64,000 nt of DNA from Gemmatimonadota bacterium (GCA_040905425.1 JBBDRO010000032.1:31726-95725), one strand, 5' to 3'. Positions 1-10,025 are shown, numbered from the stretch's first letter. Notes: generated from the sequence alone by a model not told the origin. Numbers and translations are program-made.

Positions 1-99
1 GCCAAGAAGAAGGCGCCGGCCAAGAAGAAGGCGCCGGCCAAGAAGAAGGCGCCGGTCAAGAAGAAGGCGCCGGTCAAGAAGAAGGCTGCGGTCAAGAAG
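1..99 (+). repeat. 18-bp coding tandem repeat GCCAAGAAGAAGGCGCCG (AKKKAP/VKKKAP), about 5.5 copies visible
   Basis: Directly visible at the window start. Confidence 0.9.
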
Positions 100-687
100 C
101 CAGCTGCCGAAAACGCGCCCGCCAAGAAGGCATCCGCCCAAACGGCGCCGGCCAAAAAGGCGGCGGCGGCCGAGCCCGCTGCCGGCGCCGGCACGGCCGC
201 GGCGGAGGCGCCGCCATCCGCGGCTCCCAAACGCAAGAAGAAGAAGCGTCGCAAGGCCCCGGGCGGCCCCCTGGCGGAGCCCGTGGGCAAGGAGCGGCCG
301 CGCAAGAAGAAGAAGAAGCGGCGGCGCCGGGATGAGCCCGTGCGGCCCTCCCCGCCCCTGGAGCCCACCGATCCGCTGAAGGCGTTCATGGCGGGCGCCC
401 AGGTGCCCTGTCCGGTGGGCTGCGGCAGCTTCTCGGAGGTCGTGCGGGTGAGCACGCGGGAGGACGGCTCCGGTGAGGTGTGGTTCGAGTGCCTGAGCTG
501 CGCGCAGCGGCGCCAGTTCGAGGTGCCCGCGGCCACCCCGGCCGAGCGCAAGGCGGTGGCCGCGTCCCTGGAGGACGAGGCCACGGACACCGTCTGCCCG
601 CGTCACGCCGTGCCGGTGGCGCTGCGCCGTCGTGGCCGGGCGTTTGCGTGCCCTGCCTGCGGGGTTGTCTTTCACGAAGCGGCGTAA
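1..687 (+). CDS. 5'-truncated Lys/Ala/Pro-rich (histone H1-like) protein with C-terminal Zn-ribbon-like domain
   Basis: Frame 1 is open from base 1 (AKKKAP repeats) into listed ORF 283..687; C-terminal CPVGC, CLSC, CPRH and CPAC motifs; TAA at 685-687. Confidence 0.75.
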   Translation, partial: AKKKAPAKKKAPAKKKAPVKKKAPVKKKAAVKKPAAENAPAKKASAQTAPAKKAAAAEPAAGAGTAAAEAPPSAAPKRKKKKRRKAPGGPLAEPVGKERPRKKKKKRRRRDEPVRPSPPLEPTDPLKAFMAGAQVPCPVGCGSFSEVVRVSTREDGSGEVWFECLSCAQRRQFEVPAATPAERKAVAASLEDEATDTVCPRHAVPVALRRRGRAFACPACGVVFHEAA

Positions 688-710
688 CGTGAGCACGCCA
701 TAGGAGCAGT

Positions 711-2702
711 ATGGAGCGGACCGGACGGCTGACCACGCCACGAGCCGCGCGCGCGCGTCGTGCATGGGGTGCGCGGGCGGTGCTCGTGCTCATGATCGGG
801 GTGCTGGTGTCCTCGCTGGTGGAGCTGCAGGTCGTGAACGCGGACGAGTTGATGCTCCGGGCGCGCAACAACCGGCTCCGCCCCATGGACGTGCCGGCCC
901 CGCGTGGGACCGTCTACGATCGCCACGGCAACGTGGTGGCGCAGAACACCGTGGGCTACAAGGTCCTCCTCATGCCGGGGCCGCGCGATTCCATGACTGC
1001 GCAGCTCGAGCGCCTGCGGCCCATTCTGGGTCTCACCGACGCGGGCATCCGGGTGGCGTGGCAGAAGCATGCGCTGGCGCCGGCGTTCCCCATGGTGGTC
1101 CTCTCCGACACCCCGCCCGTGGCCGCCGCCCGCATTGCCGAGCGGCGCCGGGACTTCCCCAACGTGCTGGTCCACACCTACGCCAAGCGGGAGTATCCCT
1201 ACGGTGAGGAGATTGCCCACTTCATGGGGTACGTGGCGGAAATCAGTGCCGAGGAGCTGAAAACGGAGCGCTTCCAGGATTACGAGCAGCGTCGCTTGAT
1301 TGGCAAGGAGGGGCTGGAGCGGCAGTACGAGGAGCACCTGGGCGGCCAGCCGGGCACGCGCTACCTGGAGATCGACGCCAACGGCAACATCCTCTCGTGG
1401 CTTCCGGAGGAGCTGGGCGTCTCAGCCATCCCGGGACGGGATCTGCACCTCCATCTGGACCTGGATCTCCAGCGCTACGTCTACGAGATCTTTCCCGAGG
1501 GCTACAGCGGCGGCTTCGTGGCCGTGGATCCCAGGACGGGCGGCATCCTGGCCATGGTCTCCAAGCCGGGCTACGACATCAACCGCCGCACGGGCGGCAC
1601 GGCCACGGCCTTCTGGGACTCGCTGCGCGCCGACCCCCTGAAGCCGCTCCTGGACCGCGTGGCGGGCTCGGGCGCGGCCCAGCCGCCCGCCTCCACCTGG
1701 AAGCTGCCCGTGGCGGCCATGGCCCTGGAGGAGGGCGTCATCACACCCGAGGAATTCATGCCCATCCCCTGCACCGGGGGGATGAGCTACCAGGGGCGCT
1801 ACGCCAAATGCCACGCCGTGCACGGCCGGCAGAATCTCTACCTGGGCATTGCCAACTCCTGCGACGTCTACTTCTACCAGGTGGGCATCCGGCTGGGCCT
1901 GGAGCGCTACCTGCGGGTGGGCACCCGCCTGGGCTTCGGGGAGCGCACCGGCGTGGACCTGCCGTTCGAGATGCAGCCCATCTTCCCGGAGAGCATCGAG
2001 TGGTTGGAGCGGCGCGGCGGCTACCGCCCGCCGGAAAATCACGTCATGTCCCTGGTCATCGGCCAGGGGGAGGTCACCATGACGCCGCTCAAGCTGGCAC
2101 AGATCTTTGTTGCATTGGCGCGGCCCGACGGCAAAGCGCCGGAGCTGCGCCTGGCCGATACGGCTGAAAAGCCGGGTCTGGGCATCGATCTGAATGTAAG
2201 CAGGGAGAGTCTCGAGGCGCTCCGTCGTGGGCTGCGCGAGGTGGTGAGCCCGGGCCGCACCGCCTGGCTCACGCGCATTGCCCACTGGGATTTCATGGGC
2301 AAGACGGGCACCGCCCAGGCGTGCACCAACTGCTCGCTGCCCGATCACGGCTGGTTCGCGGCCATCGGCGGACCGCCGGACGGCAATCCCGAGATCGTGG
2401 CGGTCCTGTTCGTGGAGTACGGCCTGTCCGGCTCCCAGATCTCCGGCACGGCGGGCAACGCCGTCAACTTCTACCTGAACCGCAAGTACGGGCGGGACTT
2501 CGAGCGCTATCCCATCCCCCGCGAGCGGAACCGGATGGGGCTGCCGGTGGACTGGGCGGACATCTCGCGGCCCATCATGGTGAATCCCTTCAACATCGCC
2601 GCCTTCCGCGCGGAGGCCGTCACCTTCGATGACGTGGTGCGTGACGGCACGGCCGCGGCGGACAGCACGGCCGTGGCGCCGGCCGGGGGCGGGGGGAACT
2701 GA
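711..2702 (+). CDS. mrdA: Penicillin-binding protein 2 (class B transpeptidase)
   Basis: N-terminal TM, PAPRGTVYDR dimerisation motif, STWK (SxxK), SCDVYFYQ, KTGTAQ. Confidence 0.9.
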   Translation: MERTGRLTTPRAARARRAWGARAVLVLMIGVLVSSLVELQVVNADELMLRARNNRLRPMDVPAPRGTVYDRHGNVVAQNTVGYKVLLMPGPRDSMTAQLERLRPILGLTDAGIRVAWQKHALAPAFPMVVLSDTPPVAAARIAERRRDFPNVLVHTYAKREYPYGEEIAHFMGYVAEISAEELKTERFQDYEQRRLIGKEGLERQYEEHLGGQPGTRYLEIDANGNILSWLPEELGVSAIPGRDLHLHLDLDLQRYVYEIFPEGYSGGFVAVDPRTGGILAMVSKPGYDINRRTGGTATAFWDSLRADPLKPLLDRVAGSGAAQPPASTWKLPVAAMALEEGVITPEEFMPIPCTGGMSYQGRYAKCHAVHGRQNLYLGIANSCDVYFYQVGIRLGLERYLRVGTRLGFGERTGVDLPFEMQPIFPESIEWLERRGGYRPPENHVMSLVIGQGEVTMTPLKLAQIFVALARPDGKAPELRLADTAEKPGLGIDLNVSRESLEALRRGLREVVSPGRTAWLTRIAHWDFMGKTGTAQACTNCSLPDHGWFAAIGGPPDGNPEIVAVLFVEYGLSGSQISGTAGNAVNFYLNRKYGRDFERYPIPRERNRMGLPVDWADISRPIMVNPFNIAAFRAEAVTFDDVVRDGTAAADSTAVAPAGGGGN

Positions 2703-2714
2703 GCGGTACGGCCG

Positions 2715-2996
2715 CTAGCTGAACTGCCCGGCGCGGCGCGGCGGCGCGTGGATCTGCGCGCGCGTCAGGACCCGGCGGGCCACGATCTCAGCCTCGGTGC
2801 GCGCCGGCACCATGGCGTCCAGGTAGGTGGCCAGGGCGTCCTCCAGCGACAGCTCGTCCTCCATGGCGTCGTGCAGTTCGAGCGCGTTGCGCACGTGCGT
2901 CTCCATCAGCGCGTCCTCGGCGCGCGCCAGCGCCAGCATGAGTTTCCGGCGTCTTTCCTGACTGCCGCTCCGACGGCCTCTGATCCAATCCAGCAC
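2715..2996 (-). CDS. Small helical hypothetical protein (93 aa)
   Basis: GGAGGAG RBS before GTG at 2996; host-like codon usage. Confidence 0.6.
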   Translation of the reverse strand: MLDWIRGRRSGSQERRRKLMLALARAEDALMETHVRNALELHDAMEDELSLEDALATYLDAMVPARTEAEIVARRVLTRAQIHAPPRRAGQFS

Positions 2997-3170
2997 ATCT
3001 CCTCCTGGCTGCGGTTGCGTGCGCAAGGTGCGCCCGGCTCTGCCTGCAGAGCAAGGCATGCGCCGGTGTGGCACGTGCCGACTGGGCCCGCGCACGGCGG
3101 CGGTCCGCTCCGCGACGTCGGGGCCGCCCCGTGGCGCGGGGCGGGTCCGAAGGCGCCATCCGGGGGGGTA

Positions 3171-3219
3171 CCCCAACATTTAGGGGTGGATACCCGGTGC
3201 CTACCGCACTATATTGGGG
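3171..3219. promoter_or_regulatory. Tandem NrdR-box-like palindromes (CCCCAACATTTAGGGG 3171-3186; CCGCACTATATTGGGG 3204-3219)
   Basis: Both resemble the NrdR core CwAyATaTwG, are 33 bp apart, and are AT-rich islands in GC-rich intergenic DNA. Confidence 0.55.
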
Positions 3220-3324
3220 TCGGCCGCTCCGGAGGCACCGCATGCTTCGCATTCCCGGGCAGCGTTCCACCGGGTCGGCCACCCCCCACGGATCCCCTGA
3301 CGCGTGAGCCACAGGAGGCGATGG

Positions 3325-4392
3325 ATGGCCACACCGTTCCTCAGCTCCGAGGAGTACGATGAGCGCGCCCACCGACTGTACGATGACGGCGACTTCGACC
3401 GCGCCCTGGAGACGCTGAAGGAGGCGATCGACCTCTACCCCCATTCCGTGGAGCTCTATGTAGGACTCGGTTACACGCGTATGGCGCGCGAGGAGTTCGC
3501 CTGGGCCCGCCAGGCCTTCGAACGGGCCGTGGTGCTGGATCCGGAGCACGAGGACGCCATGGTGGGCCTGGGGGAGGCGCTCCTCCGGCTGGGCAGCACC
3601 CCCGCCGCGCGGGAGCTCTTCCAGCGCGCCCGGGAGGCGGGCTGCGCGGATGACCTGGATCTGCTGCTTTCCATGGGCCGCGCCCTCTACCGGGAATCCC
3701 TCTACCTGGAGGCGCGGGACGTGTTCGAAGAGGCCGTGGCCACGCACGCCTCCAGCGCCGAGGCCGCGGCGGCGCTGGGCTACACGCTGCATCGCGTGGG
3801 AGAGGAGACGCAGGCGCGTCGCCAGCTCCGGCGGGCGCTCCACCTGGACTCCGAACTGCATGAGGCCCGCATCTTCATGGGCCACCTCCTTTACGACCGC
3901 GGGGACCTGGCGGGCGCCCTGCGCGAGTTCGAGAAGGTGCCCCCCGCCGAGCACTGGGATCCGCTGGCGTTGTGGCGGGTGGTGGAGCTCAAGAAAGTGC
4001 ATCATGGCGCCGGATCCGGCTCGGCGGCCATGGCGTGCTGGGAAGCCCGCCTGGACGAGTTGGAGAGCCAGGTGGATCCCATCGATGAGTTGCTCGCCGA
4101 GATCGAAGGTCTGGAGCCGCCCGTGCGTGTGCGGCAACCGGTGCAGGCGAACCGGGCGGCCGCCGATCATCTGGTGCAGCTTCCGGACGGTGACGCCCTG
4201 ACCGGCACCTGGCTCGAGATCGTGCGGCAGATCCGCGACGCCACCGGGCAGCCCGACGAGTCGATTGCACAGTTCATGCGGCGCTGCTCCACCGAAGAGC
4301 GCGTGCGCACGGGTGTGGTCCTGCCCACGGAGGATCCGCAGGAGTTCGTCCTGGCAGGGGCCCGCGCCGGACACTGGCAGGTGGAGTACTGA
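3325..4392 (+). CDS. Tetratricopeptide repeat protein
   Basis: AGGAGG RBS at 3313; repeated TPR helices (e.g. AFERAVVLDPEHEDAMVGLGEAL). Confidence 0.85.
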   Translation: MATPFLSSEEYDERAHRLYDDGDFDRALETLKEAIDLYPHSVELYVGLGYTRMAREEFAWARQAFERAVVLDPEHEDAMVGLGEALLRLGSTPAARELFQRAREAGCADDLDLLLSMGRALYRESLYLEARDVFEEAVATHASSAEAAAALGYTLHRVGEETQARRQLRRALHLDSELHEARIFMGHLLYDRGDLAGALREFEKVPPAEHWDPLALWRVVELKKVHHGAGSGSAAMACWEARLDELESQVDPIDELLAEIEGLEPPVRVRQPVQANRAAADHLVQLPDGDALTGTWLEIVRQIRDATGQPDESIAQFMRRCSTEERVRTGVVLPTEDPQEFVLAGARAGHWQVEY

Positions 4393-4408
4393 TGGTCACA
4401 GGGTTGCC

Positions 4409-5479
4409 ATGAACGCGGCCGACCGTGTCCTGCAGCCTCTGCACGAGGCGGAGGCGGCGGTCGACGCGCTGGAATCCTACGGCACACCGGACGAACTCGC
4501 GGCGGCGCTTCGCAATGTGCGGAGCGCCGCCGAACGCACGCTACGCCTGTTGTTGCGGGAGAGCCGTCGCGCGCCGGACGCCGCCCGCCTGCGCGCGCTT
4601 GCCCCCGAGTACCCGGTCGCGGAGGTCATCACCGCGCTGCGGCGGGGGGAGCTCATCTCCCTCGAGCTGGCGGGCAAGCTGCACGCCCTGCTGGCGGGGG
4701 CGGGGCGGGCAGCGCGTGGTGACGTGCGCGCGGCTGATGGCGATGCGGCCGCCGACGCGGTGGTGCGCCTGCGCGCCGAGGCGGCGGCGGCCATGGCCGG
4801 AGGGGACGCCGATCCGCAGGCCGGGTCGCCCCCTCCGGTGACGCCCGGTGAGGGCGATCCGGCGGAGGACGCTGCCGTGGCGGGGCGGTCCGCAGCGGGC
4901 GCCGCGGCCGGGCAGCCTGCCGGAGGCGGCGCGGCGCGCAGGGCGAATCGCGCGGGCGTCCTCTCCGGTGGCCGCCTGCGCTGGCTGGCCGTGGCGCTGA
5001 TGCTGCTCGCGGCCGTCTTCTTCGGTGCACAACTCTTCCGGGGCGCGAACGGCGCCATGGAGGAAGGGGTGGAGGCCTTCCGGGAGGAGCGCTTCGGCGT
5101 GGCCGAGCAGGCCTTTCGCGCGGCCGTGGCGGATGACCGGGAGAACGTCACCGCGTGGCTGTATCTGGGCCGGATCGTACGGGTGCAGGGCAGACACGAC
5201 GATGCGGCGGACGCCCTGGGGGAGGCCGCCGCGCTGGCACCAGGGGACGCCGCCGTGCAGCGGGAACTGGGCTATCTCTTCCTGGATCTGGACCAGCCGC
5301 GCCGGGCGGCCGAGCGGTTCGACCGGGCGCGCGAGCTGGATCCTGACAACATTGCCGGCTGGGTGGGCTTCATCCGCGCGCTGCGTGCCGCGGACGATCC
5401 GGCGGCCGACGTCTGGCTGGGCCGCGCCCCCGCCGAGGTGAAGGCTGCCCTGGGCGGCACATCCCCCTCAACTTCCTGA
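4409..5479 (+). CDS. Membrane-anchored TPR protein (start uncertain)
   Basis: Single TM (WLAVALMLLAAVFFG) followed by TPR motifs. Confidence 0.75.
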   Translation: MNAADRVLQPLHEAEAAVDALESYGTPDELAAALRNVRSAAERTLRLLLRESRRAPDAARLRALAPEYPVAEVITALRRGELISLELAGKLHALLAGAGRAARGDVRAADGDAAADAVVRLRAEAAAAMAGGDADPQAGSPPPVTPGEGDPAEDAAVAGRSAAGAAAGQPAGGGAARRANRAGVLSGGRLRWLAVALMLLAAVFFGAQLFRGANGAMEEGVEAFREERFGVAEQAFRAAVADDRENVTAWLYLGRIVRVQGRHDDAADALGEAAALAPGDAAVQRELGYLFLDLDQPRRAAERFDRARELDPDNIAGWVGFIRALRAADDPAADVWLGRAPAEVKAALGGTSPSTS

Positions 5480-5486
5480 AGCCAAC

Positions 5487-6473
5487 GTGAGCACTACCAT
5501 GCCGACGATGGACATTCTCGACCGCCTGCACGACGCCCTGATCCGCGCCCTCCGGGAGGATGGCCGGGACCCGTACGGCAGGCCGGTGACCGTGGCCGAA
5601 GTCTACCAGGACCTCGTGCCCTACCGCCTCATCCGGAGCGACCTCGATTTCGAGATGAATGCGGACTACGAGCACACCGTGCTCCGCCTCCTGGCGGGCG
5701 AGCGCAACCTGGCGGAGCTGGAGCCGGCCGAGGCGCGCAGCGAACTCGCGGAAGAGTTGGAGTCACCCAATCCCAACGTGGGGCTCTTCCGTAAGTTTGC
5801 CGGCTGTGATGTGCGGTTGCGCCCGGGGGCCTACCCGGAGGGCCAGGGGTCGACGGTCGAGGAGGAGGAGGCCGCGGGCAGTCCTGCCGAGCCGCCCGCC
5901 ACGGCGGATGACGCGCTCGCGGAGGAAGTGGCAGCGGAGCGGGGCGATGTCCACGGCGCGGCGGCCGCGGCGGAGCGCGGGGCGGTGAGGAAGGCGGCCA
6001 GCGTGCCGGAGCCGTCGGCGGACGCCGAGTCCGCGGCGGCGGCGCCGCAACCGCGACCCGCCCGCGTGCGGGAGGAAGGCGGCACCGCGGCGGAAGCCGA
6101 AGCCCCGGAGGGAGCTGACGCCCCGGAGGGAGCTGACGCCCCGGAGGGAGCTGGCGCCCCGGAGGGAGCTGGCGCCCCGGAGGAAGCCGCCGAGCCGTTT
6201 CCCGATTGGGCCGGCCTCGAGGAGCAGAGCGCTGAGGCGGCGGTGGCGCGGCTGGCCGAGGTGCCGGCGCTGACCGCCGATGGCCAGGACGTCGAGCTGC
6301 AGCGGTGCGGGTACTGTGACGAGGACCTGCCCGCCGGGCGGGCGGTCCGCTACTGCCCGTTCTGCGGCGGCGATCAGACCCGCCGACCCTGCCCCTCGTG
6401 CGGGGAAGCGCTGGACGGAGCGTGGCGCTATTGCATAAGCTGCGGGACGCGGGCTGGCGGGCCCGCTGGCTGA
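5487..6473 (+). CDS. Double zinc ribbon domain protein with acidic linker
   Basis: C-terminal CGYC, CPFC, CPSC, CISC. Confidence 0.8.
   Translation: MSTTMPTMDILDRLHDALIRALREDGRDPYGRPVTVAEVYQDLVPYRLIRSDLDFEMNADYEHTVLRLLAGERNLAELEPAEARSELAEELESPNPNVGLFRKFAGCDVRLRPGAYPEGQGSTVEEEEAAGSPAEPPATADDALAEEVAAERGDVHGAAAAAERGAVRKAASVPEPSADAESAAAAPQPRPARVREEGGTAAEAEAPEGADAPEGADAPEGAGAPEGAGAPEEAAEPFPDWAGLEEQSAEAAVARLAEVPALTADGQDVELQRCGYCDEDLPAGRAVRYCPFCGGDQTRRPCPSCGEALDGAWRYCISCGTRAGGPAG
6100..6187 (+). repeat. 18-bp coding tandem repeat (APEGAD/APEGAG), about 4.5 copies
   Basis: gccccggagggagctg(a/g)c repeated. Confidence 0.85.
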
Positions 6474-6665
6474 GCGCGGCGCGGCCCTTGCACGACGGGG
6501 CGGCGCACGAAGGCAGGGACCGGGCCACGTCTTGAGCTTTTGCCGTCCGCGGCGTATGTTCGCGCCCGCATCCCGTACAGTTCGGCCCGGATGGCCGGTG
6601 CTCGTGTGGCACCGCCGCGGCAGACCGCCGCGCGCCCGCACGACACACGCACAGGAGGAATGGAT

Positions 6666-7139
6666 ATGACCAGTTGGAAGCAGACGACGCTCGTGGGCGT
6701 CTTCGCGATGATCGGCGTGGTGGCTTGTGGCGGCGACGCGGGCGACGACGCCATGGATGACATGGACATGGACACGCCTACCGTCGACGCGCCGGCCACC
6801 GACGCGCCCGCGGCCACGGACGTGGAGCTTCCCGAGGGCGTGACGCAGGAGATGGTGGCCCGCGGGCAGCAGGTCTTCACGGGCGCCGCGGGCGGGGGCA
6901 CGTGCTTCACCTGCCACACGGCCGAGGGCACCGGCACGCCGCTGGCCCCGGACCTCACCGATGACACCTGGATCAACACTTCCGGGCGCAACTTCGAGGA
7001 GATCGTCCAGCTGGTCACGACGGGTGTGCCGGAGCCGGTCGAGGCGGCGGCCGCCATGCCGCCCATGGGCGGTGCCAATCTCTCCGAGGATGACGTCCGC
7101 GCCGTGGCTGCCTACGTGCTGACGCTCGGCAGCGGCTGA
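6666..7139 (+). CDS. Monoheme cytochrome c lipoprotein
   Basis: AGGAGG RBS, lipobox VVAC, heme motif CFTCH, distal Met in AMPPMGG. Confidence 0.9.
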   Translation: MTSWKQTTLVGVFAMIGVVACGGDAGDDAMDDMDMDTPTVDAPATDAPAATDVELPEGVTQEMVARGQQVFTGAAGGGTCFTCHTAEGTGTPLAPDLTDDTWINTSGRNFEEIVQLVTTGVPEPVEAAAAMPPMGGANLSEDDVRAVAAYVLTLGSG

Positions 7140-7149
7140 TCGGCGGGAC

Positions 7150-7701
7150 GTGATCCGCGGAGCAGATCAGGCCGCGGCGGAGGCGCCGGCTCGCACGAAG
7201 GTGCGGGCCGGCGCGCTTCGTTTCGGCGCGGCGTGGCCGGGCAGCCTGGCGCGTCTCAGCCCGGTGACGGTGGCGCTGGCCCTTGTCCTGGCCGGGGGCG
7301 CATGTGACCGGCTGCCGGGCGGCGGTCCGCCTGAAATCGAGCTGGAGGGCGGCCGCACGGTGCAGCTCCCGAAGGGTACGGAGCTGGTACAGGTGGAGCT
7401 CACCGCACGCGGGCGGAACGCCCGCTTCGAGCCAGCCGAGGTGACGCTCCGGCCCGGCGACGTGGTGCGTTTCAGCAGTCCGGAGGGCGGTACGCACGCC
7501 CTGGCCTTCGCCGCCGATTCGCTGCAGCCCGCCCAACGGGAGTTCCTGGAGCGGACCAACCAGCTGCGCGCGCCGCCGCTCCTGGAGCCCGGCGCCGCCT
7601 GGATCGTCAGCCTGGAGGGCGCACCCACGGGAAGCTACCCCTTCCGCTGCATCACCCATGGGGAGCACGGCCGGCTGCACGTCCAGACCACGGGTTCGTG
7701 A
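7150..7701 (+). CDS. Cupredoxin (plastocyanin/azurin-like) lipoprotein (start uncertain)
   Basis: Lipobox GGAC; FEPAEVTLRPGDVVRF, GTH and GSYPFRCITH motifs. Confidence 0.8.
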   Translation: MIRGADQAAAEAPARTKVRAGALRFGAAWPGSLARLSPVTVALALVLAGGACDRLPGGGPPEIELEGGRTVQLPKGTELVQVELTARGRNARFEPAEVTLRPGDVVRFSSPEGGTHALAFAADSLQPAQREFLERTNQLRAPPLLEPGAAWIVSLEGAPTGSYPFRCITHGEHGRLHVQTTGS

Positions 7702-7737
7702 TGGCCCCGCCGCCGGCCGCCACCTAGCTTTGCCGGT

Positions 7738-8793
7738 ATGAAACGGATTGCGCTCATCCCCGGCGACGGCATCGGCGTGGACGTCACGCGCCAGGCCGCC
7801 AGCCTGCTCGGCGCGCTCGCGGACGCCGGGCGGGTGGACGTGGCGCTGGACACCTGGGATCTGGGCGCCGAGCGCACGCTGCGCACGGGGATCACCATCA
7901 CCGACGAGGAGATGGCCAGCCTGCGCACGGACTACGACGCCATCTTCCTGGGCGCCGTGGGGGACCCGCGTATCCCGGACAACCGGCACGCGCGGGACAT
8001 CCTGCTCGGGCTGCGCTTCAAGCTGGACCTCTACATCAATCTGCGGCCCGTGCGTCTGTACGCCCCGGAACTCTCCCCCCTGAAGGACATCGGCGTGGCG
8101 GATCTGGATATGGTTATCTTCCGGGAGAATACGGAAGGACCGTACGTGGGCATGGGCGGGACGCTGAAGGAGGGTACGCCCGAGGAGGTGGCCACCGAAG
8201 TGGACATCAACACGCGCGCGGGCGTGGAGCGGATCATCCGCGCCGCCTTCGAATATGCGCGGCTCCGGGGGCGCCGGCGGGTCACCCTCACGGACAAGGC
8301 CAACGCCATGCCCCACGTGGGCGGCCTGTGGCGCCGGACGTTCGCGGACGTGCGCGCGGAGTATGCCGGGATCGAAAGCGACGCCGTCTACGCCGACGCC
8401 CTGGCCTTCGACCTCGTGCGCCGCCCCGCGCGCTACGACGTCATCGTGGCCCCGAACCTCTTCGGCGACCTGCTGAGCGACCTGGCGGCGGGGCTGGCGG
8501 GCGGGCTGGGCCTGGCGGCGTCCGCCAACCTCCATCCGGGCCGGCCCGGTCTCTTCGAGCCGGTGCACGGCTCGGCGCCCGACATCGCGGGGACCGGCCA
8601 GGCCAACCCGCTCGCTGCGCTGCTCACAACCGCCCTCATGCTGGAGCAACTGGGTTGGGTGGAGGAGGCCGCGCGCGTGGAGGCGGCGGTGCGGGAGGTG
8701 CTGGCCGCCGGTCACACCACGCCGGACCTGGGCGGCACGCTCACGACGGACGAGGTGGGTGACGCGGTCATCACCGCGGCGCTCGCCACCTGA
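7738..8793 (+). CDS. 3-isopropylmalate/tartrate dehydrogenase family protein
   Basis: IPGDGIG, FRENTEGPY, NLFGDLLSDL, FEPVHGSAPDIAG. Confidence 0.9.
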   Translation: MKRIALIPGDGIGVDVTRQAASLLGALADAGRVDVALDTWDLGAERTLRTGITITDEEMASLRTDYDAIFLGAVGDPRIPDNRHARDILLGLRFKLDLYINLRPVRLYAPELSPLKDIGVADLDMVIFRENTEGPYVGMGGTLKEGTPEEVATEVDINTRAGVERIIRAAFEYARLRGRRRVTLTDKANAMPHVGGLWRRTFADVRAEYAGIESDAVYADALAFDLVRRPARYDVIVAPNLFGDLLSDLAAGLAGGLGLAASANLHPGRPGLFEPVHGSAPDIAGTGQANPLAALLTTALMLEQLGWVEEAARVEAAVREVLAAGHTTPDLGGTLTTDEVGDAVITAALAT

Positions 8794-8819
8794 TACCACA
8801 CCTGACCATACGGAGCGGC

Positions 8820-10025
8820 ATGGGCACGCAGGGACACGCCACCGACATCGTCTTCCTTTCCGGGCGCCGCACGCCCTTCGGCACCTTCGGCGGCACGCTC
8901 AAGGACCACACCGCCACCCAGCTCGGCGCGCACGCGGCGCGGGCGGCGCTGGAGAGCGCGGGTGTGGCGCCCGAGGAGGTGGGGCACGTCATCTTCGGCA
9001 ACGCGCTGCAGACCACCTCGGACGCCATCTATCTGGCGCGCCACGTGGGGCTCCAGGCCGGCTGCCCCAACGAAGTGCCAGCGCTCACCATCAACCGGCT
9101 GTGCGGCTCCGGCTTCCAGGCCATGGTCTGCGGCGCGCAGGAGATCATGTTGGGCCAGGCCGAGGTGGCGTTGGTGGGTGGCGCCGAGAGCATGAGCACG
9201 GCGCCGCATGTGGTGCGCGGGGCGCGTTGGGGCCAGCTCCGCCTGGGGGAGGCCGGGCAGTTCTTCGAGGATCTGCTGTGGGCCTCCCTCACGGACACCA
9301 GCTGCAGCCTCTCCATGGCGCAGACGGCCGAAAAGCTGGCCGACGAGTACGGCATCACGCGTGAGGAAGCCGACCAGGTGGCCTACGAATCCCAGCAGCG
9401 CGCGGCGGCCGCCCGTGACGAGGGCCGCTTCGACGCCGAGATGGCGCCCATCACCATCGCCTCGCGCAAAGGGGACGTGGAATTTGCCGTGGATGAGCAC
9501 ATGCGGCCGGATGCCTCCCTGGAGGCGCTCGGCAAGCTGCGTCCCTACTTTCGCAAGGACGGCCTGGTGACCGCGGGCAACGCCAGCGGCATCGGGGACG
9601 GTGCCGCCGCCGCGGTGATTGCCAGCGCCGCCTGGGCCGAGCGCAACGGGCGCACCCCGATCGGCCGGCTCGTCTCCTGGGGCGTGGCCGGCGTGCGGCC
9701 CGACATCATGGGCATCGGCCCCGCCCCGGCGGCGCGGCTGGCGCTCGAGGCCGCCGGCCTGGAACTGGACCGTATGGACCTGGTGGAAGTCAACGAGGCC
9801 TTCGCGCCGCAGTACGCCGCGGTGCGCAAGGAGCTGGGGCTGGACCATGAGAAGACGAACGTGAACGGCGGGGCCATTGCGCTCACGCATCCGCTCGCGG
9901 CGTCCGGCGCGCGCATCACCATCCACCTGCTCCACGAGCTGCGCCGGCGCGGCGCGCGCTTCGGCCTGGGCAGCGCGTGCATCGGGGGCGGGCAGGGGAT
10001 GGCCGTGATCGTGGAGCGCATGTAG
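8820..10025 (+). CDS. Acetyl-CoA C-acyltransferase (thiolase)
   Basis: NRLCGSG, NEAF, HPLAASG, CIGGGQG. Confidence 0.93.
   Translation: MGTQGHATDIVFLSGRRTPFGTFGGTLKDHTATQLGAHAARAALESAGVAPEEVGHVIFGNALQTTSDAIYLARHVGLQAGCPNEVPALTINRLCGSGFQAMVCGAQEIMLGQAEVALVGGAESMSTAPHVVRGARWGQLRLGEAGQFFEDLLWASLTDTSCSLSMAQTAEKLADEYGITREEADQVAYESQQRAAAARDEGRFDAEMAPITIASRKGDVEFAVDEHMRPDASLEALGKLRPYFRKDGLVTAGNASGIGDGAAAAVIASAAWAERNGRTPIGRLVSWGVAGVRPDIMGIGPAPAARLALEAAGLELDRMDLVEVNEAFAPQYAAVRKELGLDHEKTNVNGGAIALTHPLAASGARITIHLLHELRRRGARFGLGSACIGGGQGMAVIVERM

Noticed and set aside
6100..6187. 18-bp repeat as a non-coding array
   Set aside because: In-frame linker repeat within the zinc-ribbon protein, with no unique spacers.
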